Shown in pieces: positions 29,227 to 37,141 of a stretch of DNA of 64,000 bases. A program made the position numbers and the translations under genes. The notes below the pieces were generated by a model. It searched no databases. It worked only from the letters and a program-made list of their open reading frames with translations, and was not told where the DNA came from. How positions within the stretch are numbered: the stretch's first letter is position 1; each line of letters opens with the position of its first letter. The DNA comes from a virus. Taxonomy: Duplodnaviria > Caudoviricetes. Where the stretch lies: positions 64,001-128,000 of the IMG/VR virus record IMGVR_UViG_3300037249_001000. One strand, given 5' to 3'.

Positions 29227-29949
29227 ATGAACCTTTCTGAAGTTATAACTCGTATTAAATTAAAATTAGGTATTATGAATATTGCTGCTCCAATACAAAA
29301 TCTCGATGGTACTATTTCAACTATTATTAAAGAAATAACTATTCCAGATTTTTCTTTGTATAATCCCGATAAACAAAATATTCGTTTAGAATTAAAGGAT
29401 TTAGAAAGATTAGAACATACAAATAGTTACGATACATATCTTTTACCTGATTTTAAAACGAAGAAATTGTTATATGTATTTAATGTATACTATGATGATT
29501 CTACATTAGCAGGATTTGGTCATTATGGTGGAGCATTACCTATGGTAGGTGGTCATATGATGGCTCAAGCTTTATCATCTAATGCTGCTGCTAATTTATA
29601 TAATTTAATGATGCCTAAGATGACATTTGAATATATTCATCCACGGCGTATTAAAATATTTAATCAATATTCAGAATCTAAATTAGTTTTTGAATTAGGA
29701 TTCCAACATGATGTATCATTAGCATCTATTCCTGAAACATGCAGAACTTCTTTTATGGAATTAGCTTTACTTGATGTTAAAGAAAATTTATATCCTATTT
29801 TTAAAAATTATACAAATTTGTCAACCGCTATTGGTAATATTGATTTAAAGATAGAATCATGGGAATCAGCAGAAAGTGACCGTAAAGAATTAATTAATAC
29901 ATGGAACAATAGTTATCATTTAGATTTTACACCAATGTATTATGCTTAA
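29227..29949 (+). CDS. probable neck/head-completion virion protein
   Basis: 240 aa, in late operon; overall pattern reminiscent of T4 gp13-like neck proteins. Confidence 0.45.
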   Translation: MNLSEVITRIKLKLGIMNIAAPIQNLDGTISTIIKEITIPDFSLYNPDKQNIRLELKDLERLEHTNSYDTYLLPDFKTKKLLYVFNVYYDDSTLAGFGHYGGALPMVGGHMMAQALSSNAAANLYNLMMPKMTFEYIHPRRIKIFNQYSESKLVFELGFQHDVSLASIPETCRTSFMELALLDVKENLYPIFKNYTNLSTAIGNIDLKIESWESAESDRKELINTWNNSYHLDFTPMYYA

Positions 29950-29959
29950 ATATAAAAAT

Positions 29960-29996
29960 ATGAAGACAAGTATGGATTATCCATACTTGTCTTCAT
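29960..29996. terminator. bidirectional terminator
   Basis: ATGAAGACAAGTATGGA...TCCATACTTGTCTTCAT between convergent units. Confidence 0.75.
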
Positions 29997-30055
29997 AAAT
30001 AGGAAAATTAAAAGCGGTTTACTATAGGAAATAATAATATAGAAATTCTGTAACG

Positions 30056-30144
30056 TGGTGCCGGTGACGAGATTTGAACTCGTACGGGTTATACAATCCG
30101 AGGGATTTTAAGTCCCTTGTGTCTGCCTATTCCACCACACCGGC
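30056..30144 (-). tRNA. tRNA-Leu(TAA)
   Basis: GCCGGTG acceptor stem, anticodon arm AGGGA-CTTAAAA-TCCCT, long variable arm, GTTCAAATC, encoded CCA. Confidence 0.95.
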
Positions 30145-30176
30145 AAATATTTATTTCCTATGTATATATAATTAAG

Positions 30177-30248
30177 CTGGGCTGGCGAGATTCGAACTCA
30201 CGGATGACGGAGTCAAAGTCCGTTGCCTTACCACTTGGCGACAGCCCA
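30177..30248 (-). tRNA. tRNA-Gln(TTG)
   Basis: TGGGCTG stem, ACGGA-CTTTGAC-TCCGT, GTTCGAATC; no encoded CCA. Confidence 0.93.
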
Positions 30249-30367
30249 TTATATTAGATGTTTTACTAATGACTCAGTTGGATCTACGTATAGGATATAG
30301 GAGTTGTCAAATAATATATCTAACCAACTGAGTCAAATTTTTCATTACGACTCTCTATTGAGTTGTA

Positions 30368-30443
30368 TGGTGAACCATCGGAGATTCGAACTCCGGACAC
30401 CTTGATTAAAAGTCAAGTGCTCTGCCTACTGAGCTAATGATTC
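30368..30443 (-). tRNA. tRNA-Lys(TTT)
   Basis: CTTGA-CTTTTAA-TCAAG, GTTCGAATC, CCA. Confidence 0.95.
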
Positions 30444-30452
30444 ATATAATAG

Positions 30453-30527
30453 TGCAGCCTCAGGGACTCGAACCCTGGACCAACCGGTTATGAGCCGGTA
30501 GCTCTAACCAAACTGAGCTAAGGCTAC
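30453..30527 (-). tRNA. tRNA CAT anticodon, probably Ile2 (lysidine-modified), possibly Met
   Basis: ACCGG-CTCATAA-CCGGT arm resembles Firmicute tRNA-Ile2; ends CTA rather than CCA. Confidence 0.85.
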
Positions 30528-30726
30528 ATTTTTTTTGTCATTACTTTTATGTTATGTTATAAATAATTTTTTATTTAATTAAATTATTTATTTTCGAGAT
30601 TAATTATGTGTTAGTACTATAATAAAAAATTATTCGTTTTTATTATAAGAGAAATATTTTAAATATTGAAAAATAAAAAATGAAGCTACACTTATTTAAC
30701 CAAAAATGAACGAGGTGATAATATAA

Positions 30727-31962
30727 ATGACAAATATAAATCACAAAGATCTTATTATATTAGAAATATATAATAGATATTCTCGTGGAGAAATAACAAC
30801 CGAAGAACGTAATATGTTATTTAATAAATGTGATGAAGTATTTAATGAAGCTGGTAATATATTACTTAATGAAGATAGAGTAGAATATAATTGTGATACA
30901 TTGAGACCCAATTCAAATAATAATATTTTATTTATTACCGGATTTTCTGGTTCGGGTAAATCAACGTTGATGGACGAACTTTATCAAAAATATCAAGATA
31001 AAATTATTATGGTTTCAGGTGATTTCTTTTTTATGACATGTAGATATAAGTATAGAAAAGATATGTCAGCAAAATATGGAAATAAAAATTTTAATTTTAA
31101 CAGAAATGAAAAATTTGGTTTCGATAGTGAAAAAAGTAGACAGTTTCTTGGACCTATAATAACTAGATATTTTGATATCTACTATGATTCAATCACACTA
31201 TCATATGACAAATTTAGTAATCCAGAATTAATAAAATATTGGGAACATTTTGTTCTTTGGTTATATGATGATATCAATAAAAATAAATATTTATACAGAG
31301 ATAAAATTATTGTTGCAGAAGGAACGCAAATCTGCAATTCAAACCCAGAATTATATAAAGATCATGCAGTAATAATTACAGGAACATCTGCATTGGTTTC
31401 ATATGCTCGTAAAGCTAATAGAGATATCATTATCCCTAAAAAATATGATTGGAAACATATGAAAACATTATTAACAATGATTCCTGTATATATAAAAGAT
31501 ATGGGAAATATAAATAGATTACAAAAAACTATGGAAATGTTTGATGAATCTACTAAATATGATAAATATTTAAATGATGTGAATGAAATAATATCTAAAC
31601 TATCTAAAGAAGAATCAAATTATATTGGCAGAGGACAATGGGTTGATTCTGAATATGTTATATATAGAAAAGTTGAATATAACGATAATATACCAATAGC
31701 TTTTATTGATGTATATTTGATGCCTAAATATGAAAATACCGGATTAATAGTTATTGCTGTTTCTAAAGATGCTCGTGGTAAAGGTATTGGAAAGAAACTT
31801 GTGAAAGGAGCTATTAATTCTCTTAAAAGTAATAAAGATATTGATAGATTACGATGGAAAGTTGATTCTAATAATAAAATATCTATAAATATGGCAGAAT
31901 CGTTAGGTTTCGAATTATCTGAAACTACTAAAAAGGAAAAAATTTATTATTATAATTTATAA
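30727..31962 (+). CDS. P-loop kinase / GNAT acetyltransferase fusion with N-terminal YSRGEIT module
   Basis: GFSGSGKST Walker A, IVAEG; C-terminal AVSKDARGKGIGKKL...N..S...AESLGF acetyl-CoA motifs. Confidence 0.8.
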   Translation: MTNINHKDLIILEIYNRYSRGEITTEERNMLFNKCDEVFNEAGNILLNEDRVEYNCDTLRPNSNNNILFITGFSGSGKSTLMDELYQKYQDKIIMVSGDFFFMTCRYKYRKDMSAKYGNKNFNFNRNEKFGFDSEKSRQFLGPIITRYFDIYYDSITLSYDKFSNPELIKYWEHFVLWLYDDINKNKYLYRDKIIVAEGTQICNSNPELYKDHAVIITGTSALVSYARKANRDIIIPKKYDWKHMKTLLTMIPVYIKDMGNINRLQKTMEMFDESTKYDKYLNDVNEIISKLSKEESNYIGRGQWVDSEYVIYRKVEYNDNIPIAFIDVYLMPKYENTGLIVIAVSKDARGKGIGKKLVKGAINSLKSNKDIDRLRWKVDSNNKISINMAESLGFELSETTKKEKIYYYNL

Positions 31963-31980
31963 AGTAAAGGAGATATAATT

Positions 31981-32268
31981 ATGAATGATTTTTATTGTGA
32001 AACTTGTGGTATTGACACAGAGAATATTAAGGATACAACAATTGTAAAAGAATATGATAGTGATTTTGTACTATATTCAACAGGTTGTCCAAAATGTAAT
32101 GTATTGGAAAAAAAATTAAAAAGTAAAAATGTGGATTTTGTTATTGAAACAGATATTGATGCTATTGTTAAAATGGGATATACATCAGCTCCAATACTTT
32201 GGTATAGAAATGCGGATAAGTATTATACTTTTGCTGAAGCGGTTAACTTCGTAAATAATATTATTTAA
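31981..32268 (+). CDS. glutaredoxin/NrdH-like redoxin
   Basis: LYSTGCPKC, SAPIL; precedes nrdD. Confidence 0.85.
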   Translation: MNDFYCETCGIDTENIKDTTIVKEYDSDFVLYSTGCPKCNVLEKKLKSKNVDFVIETDIDAIVKMGYTSAPILWYRNADKYYTFAEAVNFVNNII

Positions 32269-32291
32269 ATATAGAAGGGAAAATAAGTATC

Positions 32292-34277
32292 ATGGTTAAT
32301 ATTTTAAAAAATATAAAATCTTCATTTAAAAAATTTTTATATAAAGATAAATCGAAAAATAATTTTTCGATTGAATTAGATTTATATGAGCCGTTCGTTA
32401 AATCCCTTAAACGACTTGAAAAAAAATACGGAAACGAATTTACTAAATTAAATTCGTTATCAAATGAACAATTAAATTTTACAACTTTTATTGATGCTTT
32501 TATTGATAGTAAAAACGTAGCAAATGCATCTATTGATGCTAATGCAAATGTAAAAGCAAAAGACATTTGTGCTTTAGAAAATGAAATGTGTAAGCCACAC
32601 GAAAAGTTACTTGCTTATAATAAAATCTTTTATGAATTAGATAAAGTTCATGGAAGAGAGTTTGCAAATAAATGGTTGGAAGAAGAATGGTCTGGTGCAT
32701 CATATTTACATGATGCTTATTCAGCTACCTTTAAACCATATTGTTTTGCTTATGACCTTGAAGATTTTGTAAATAAAGGTCTTTTCTTTGTAGATGGGTT
32801 TGGTGGAAATGCACCAAAACATCTATCAACTTATGTTACGCTTGTTAAGGAATATGTATCATGGGCATCTAATAGAACTAGTGGTGCTTGCGGTCTTCCA
32901 TCATTCCTTATTCATGCATTTTATTTTTGGAAAAAAGACGTTGAAAACGGTTATTATATAAAAGACCCTATGTATTATAGAGATCAATGTTTTCAGGAAT
33001 TTATATATGGTTTGAATCAGCCATATCTAAGAATTGCACAATGTGCATTTACAAATATTTCTATCATGGATAGACCATATTTAGAAGAAATTTTTGGTGG
33101 AAGAGAGTTCCCCGATGGGACATTTGTAATCGATTATATTGAAGAAATTATTCAATTTGAAGAAGACTTTATGCGAATAGTTTCTGATATTAGAGAAGAA
33201 CAAATGTTTACATTCCCTGTTTTCTCATATTCACTTCTTTTCCAGAATGGTAAATTTGTTGATGAAGAATTTGCTAGATGGTGTAGTGACCATAATGTTA
33301 AATGGTTTGATTCTAATTTCTTCGTTGGTAATGATGTTACATCATTGAGTTCTTGTTGTAGACTTGTTAATGATTTTAGCAATTTAAAAGGATTCATTAA
33401 TTCCATAGGTGGAACATCTATAAAGATTGGTTCAATAAAAGTAAATACAATTAACCTCATGAGAATTGCATATGAATCTGAAGGTTATATAGAAAAATAC
33501 TTTGAGATTCTTAGAGATAGAGTTAATACTTGTATTCTTGTATTGGATACAGTGCGTCACATTATTCAACGGAACGTAGAAAAAGGGCTACTTCCAAATT
33601 ATACACATGGACTTATCGATATGAAGAATCAATATAATACAATTGGTATTAATGCTTTATATGAAGCAGTTAGATATTTTGGATTTATAGAAGAAGACGA
33701 GTTTGGTAATAAAAGTTATACTGAAGAAGGTTTAGAGTTTGCATCAGATATTCTTGATACTATTAATGAGGTTAAAGATTCGTTTGATTTTGATTATAGT
33801 ATTAATGTTGAAGCTGTGCCGGGTGAGAGATGTGCAGTAGTTCTTTGTCAGAAAGATTCAAAGTTGTATGAAAATACATACGATGATTTCATTTATGCAA
33901 ATCAATGGATTCCTCTTACAGAGAAATGTAGTCTTGATGAAAAAATTAAACTTGGTGCTATTTTGGATAAAAAATGCGGTGGTGGACAGATTTGCCATAT
34001 TAACGTAGATGGTAAGATTGATAAAGAGACCGCATGGAAATTATTGAATAAAATCGCTAATCGTGGTGTAATTTATTTTGCATTCAACGGCATGATTTCT
34101 GTATGTGAAAATACACATGGATTTTTTGGTGACGTGTGCCCTAAATGTGGAAAACATAAAGTTGATACTTTCCAGCGTATAGTTGGTTATCTTGTACCAT
34201 CATCAAACTATTCTAAAGAAAGATACAAAGAATTTAAAGGTAGGTATTGGTATGATCTCAACGACTCAGTGGTATAA
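32292..34277 (+). CDS. nrdD: anaerobic (class III) ribonucleotide reductase
   Basis: YLHD, PYCFA, SSCCRL, zinc site C...CPKC, glycyl-radical loop RIVGYL. Confidence 0.95.
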   Translation: MVNILKNIKSSFKKFLYKDKSKNNFSIELDLYEPFVKSLKRLEKKYGNEFTKLNSLSNEQLNFTTFIDAFIDSKNVANASIDANANVKAKDICALENEMCKPHEKLLAYNKIFYELDKVHGREFANKWLEEEWSGASYLHDAYSATFKPYCFAYDLEDFVNKGLFFVDGFGGNAPKHLSTYVTLVKEYVSWASNRTSGACGLPSFLIHAFYFWKKDVENGYYIKDPMYYRDQCFQEFIYGLNQPYLRIAQCAFTNISIMDRPYLEEIFGGREFPDGTFVIDYIEEIIQFEEDFMRIVSDIREEQMFTFPVFSYSLLFQNGKFVDEEFARWCSDHNVKWFDSNFFVGNDVTSLSSCCRLVNDFSNLKGFINSIGGTSIKIGSIKVNTINLMRIAYESEGYIEKYFEILRDRVNTCILVLDTVRHIIQRNVEKGLLPNYTHGLIDMKNQYNTIGINALYEAVRYFGFIEEDEFGNKSYTEEGLEFASDILDTINEVKDSFDFDYSINVEAVPGERCAVVLCQKDSKLYENTYDDFIYANQWIPLTEKCSLDEKIKLGAILDKKCGGGQICHINVDGKIDKETAWKLLNKIANRGVIYFAFNGMISVCENTHGFFGDVCPKCGKHKVDTFQRIVGYLVPSSNYSKERYKEFKGRYWYDLNDSVV

Positions 34278-34770
34278 TCATTCCACTTTTAAAATAAAAG
34301 ATATTAAAGATGAAGTATTTCAAGATTATTATAAATCGTCCATGTTAATTTCTACATCACAATGTGATTGGAAATGTTGTACTGAACAAAATATGGACAA
34401 TTCAATTTGTCAAAATTCTGCTATATCATCTAATCCAACGGTTGAGTATTCTATATCTGATATTTATAATAGATATAAAAATAATGAACTTACTGAAGCT
34501 ATAATAGTTGGTGGATTAGAACCATTTAAGCAATTTGAAGAATTGGTTTGTTTAATTGATTATTTCAGAGCTCAAGGTTGCTATGATGATTTTGTTATAT
34601 ATACAGGATATTATGAAGATGAAATTAAAGATGAAATAACTAGATTAAAAAAATATCCAAATATTATAATTAAATTTGGTAGATTTATAATAAATTCAGA
34701 ATCAGTATATGATTCTGTTTTAAAGATTAATCTTGCATCGAAAAATCAATATGCAAAAAAAATATCCTAA
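34252..34770 (+). CDS. nrdG: NrdD activating enzyme (radical SAM)
   Basis: CDWKC...CQN, GGLEP, IYTGY, KFGRF, LASKNQ; start uncertain. Confidence 0.88.
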   Translation: MISTTQWYNHSTFKIKDIKDEVFQDYYKSSMLISTSQCDWKCCTEQNMDNSICQNSAISSNPTVEYSISDIYNRYKNNELTEAIIVGGLEPFKQFEELVCLIDYFRAQGCYDDFVIYTGYYEDEIKDEITRLKKYPNIIIKFGRFIINSESVYDSVLKINLASKNQYAKKIS

Positions 34771-34823
34771 AAAATAAAGATAGTAAACGAATATTCTGTT
34801 TACTATCTTTATGTTGACGGTTA

Positions 34824-35009
34824 TTAAATATAATAACCGTCAACATCTTTTTCATTTAAACCATTCTGCTCCATATAATGATGAAGAAGAGCGGTTTCCA
34901 TGCCGCTCTTCTTCATCATAAGATACTGCATGATATGTCCGAGTCTTTTTAAAGACTCGAAATCATCTTCATGCAGAGCTTCCTGCATTTTTTCTTTTAT
35001 TGATGTCAT
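34824..35009 (-). CDS. small standalone early protein
   Basis: early promoter block at 35042-35086, GAGG RBS, 61 aa. Confidence 0.7.
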   Translation of the reverse strand: MTSIKEKMQEALHEDDFESLKRLGHIMQYLMMKKSGMETALLHHYMEQNGLNEKDVDGYYI

Positions 35010-35118
35010 AATTAATTCCTCCTTTTTATTAATATATATATTATGACACAAAAATAATATATATATATTAATAAATTAAAAATACGGAAAATAAATAGGT
35101 TAATTATTATTAACCTAT

Positions 35119-35298
35119 TTATTTTGTTTTCTTTAAAATAGCAAGCATCATTAATGAAATTAATGATAAAATACCTGTACTAAATGATATACTGAAACAT
35201 GATTTTAAAAATATGACCACCGATAATACTATCAAATAAACCATCATAAATATTACTTTCTCTTTGTTAGAAACTTTTTCCTGATTATTTTTTCTCAT
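35119..35298 (-). CDS. small membrane protein (59 aa, not in ORF track)
   Basis: MRKNNQEKVSNKEKVIFMMVYLIVLSVVIFLKSCFSISFSTGILSLISLMMLAILKKTK, AAGGAAG RBS. Confidence 0.55.
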   Translation of the reverse strand: MRKNNQEKVSNKEKVIFMMVYLIVLSVVIFLKSCFSISFSTGILSLISLMMLAILKKTK

Positions 35299-35385
35299 TA
35301 ATTACTTCCTTTCTCAGAGCAAATCGGTATTCTAGGTATTAAACCTAGAATACCTTTTAATATGTTTGTTTATTTTTAGAGATGA

Positions 35386-35970
35386 TTAATTCGTGCTACC
35401 GAATCCACCATCCCTTTTTTTTAGTTCAGAATTATCTAAATCATTTGATGCGTAGAACACTTCATGGAAAATACCCTGAACAAATGATTTGCCTTCATTA
35501 AAATGAATAGAGCCTTCTGCAAGTGGTAGAAAACCTTGATAATCGAGCTTAACCATGATGTGTCCTTCATTTGAACTATTATAGTAATCAGAATCAATGA
35601 TACCAATAGTATTCGCTATTTTTAAATTATTCTTGAATCCTAAACCTGATTTAGGATAAATATCAAGAGAATAACCAGGCATCATATTACATCTAATTCC
35701 GGTAGGAATTACAATAGATTTAGTTATCCCTAAATCAAAAGCAAATGGTGTGTAAAAATCATATCCAGCACTTTCATATGTTGCACGTGATGGTATTTTG
35801 ATTTTTTTATACAACTCGTCACAAAACTCATCAAATGATACATCATTAATAGGATAATTAGTTATAATATTATAATTATCCATATTACTTTTTATCATAC
35901 TATTCATATCTTTTTTAAATTGTTCCTGGCTCACCTTTTCAAAGTGAGCCACATAAAATCCTTCTATCAT
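35386..35970 (-). CDS. dut: trimeric dUTPase (clostridial type)
   Basis: motifs AGYDF, PKSG, GIIDSDY, FVQG, RDGGFGST. Confidence 0.93.
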   Translation of the reverse strand: MIEGFYVAHFEKVSQEQFKKDMNSMIKSNMDNYNIITNYPINDVSFDEFCDELYKKIKIPSRATYESAGYDFYTPFAFDLGITKSIVIPTGIRCNMMPGYSLDIYPKSGLGFKNNLKIANTIGIIDSDYYNSSNEGHIMVKLDYQGFLPLAEGSIHFNEGKSFVQGIFHEVFYASNDLDNSELKKRDGGFGSTN

Positions 35971-36040
35971 ATTACTATTCTCCTTTACTTTATTATAAAT
36001 ATTTATAATAAAGTAATAGTTAGAATTAAAAAGTATTACT

Positions 36041-37045
36041 TTACTTACGATCTATCGATTCCATCATTTGATCTATATATTTATCTATCATTGGATTGTT
36101 ACAAAAGAATTTGCAATATGCTAAAGCATACATTCCTATTATTAATTCTTCATTATCGCCAAAATTTCTTTTTGTATAAACTAATGGTAATGATTTACAA
36201 TAACATCTAAATAATGTAGAATTCTTATTCTTTTTTGTAGACAAATCTATTGCACACCCAAGCGATTCGATTAAAACTCCTAAATCATATTGAGTAGTTG
36301 CGTTTTTAATATATTTAAATTTTGGTAAAACATCTAAATTAGTTTTACCAGTTGTTATCATATATGATAACTTTAATATACTATCTATTGCAATATCTTC
36401 AGGCATTACGATAGATGAATTAGAAGTTGGTATTCCTACTTCTAATTCATCTGTTATATTTCTAATATGATTGTTTATATCAATCGGATCCGTTTTCCTA
36501 CTGGTAATAAATGAACAATGATGGTTTATTTGTAATATTATATTTTTATAAGCTTGACCATTTGATTCAAATATATCAATAAATTTAATAAAATCATTGA
36601 TAATTTTAGATAATTCAAAATATATCTGTTCATATTTAGCCGGTTCATTGTTTAAAATGTAATAACGATTGTTATACAGTTTTTCTATACGGTTGATAGT
36701 TAATCTTATGAAAAATGTTAAAAATCGTAATTTAAAAGTATAGGTATCTTGAGGATACATATATTCAAAATAATCTAGTCTTGATGAATTTAGAAATTCA
36801 TCAGTTTCAATGAATTTAATCTTCTTTTCAAGGCTTAACTCATTATTTATTTTTATCCTATTGATGTAATAAATCACATCGATGAGATAATTCTGAAATT
36901 GCTCCGTCATGAAATCGATAATCTGAGCAGGTTCGTTTAAATCGTTGGGAACATTAAGATTAATGGAAAATGCCTTGTCAAATTCATTAACATGTCTGCG
37001 TACATTGTTTGCCTTTTCAAATACTGAGGTTGTTTTGTTATTCAT
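36041..37045 (-). CDS. hypothetical early protein
   Basis: 334 aa; TATATTAT at 37095-37102. Confidence 0.75.
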   Translation of the reverse strand: MNNKTTSVFEKANNVRRHVNEFDKAFSINLNVPNDLNEPAQIIDFMTEQFQNYLIDVIYYINRIKINNELSLEKKIKFIETDEFLNSSRLDYFEYMYPQDTYTFKLRFLTFFIRLTINRIEKLYNNRYYILNNEPAKYEQIYFELSKIINDFIKFIDIFESNGQAYKNIILQINHHCSFITSRKTDPIDINNHIRNITDELEVGIPTSNSSIVMPEDIAIDSILKLSYMITTGKTNLDVLPKFKYIKNATTQYDLGVLIESLGCAIDLSTKKNKNSTLFRCYCKSLPLVYTKRNFGDNEELIIGMYALAYCKFFCNNPMIDKYIDQMMESIDRK

Positions 37046-37141
37046 AAAAAATCGTCCTTTCTATTTGTAAAATAATGTATATTTTTCCATTAAGATAATA
37101 TATAAATACAGAGTTTGGTATAAAACCAAACTCTGTATTTA

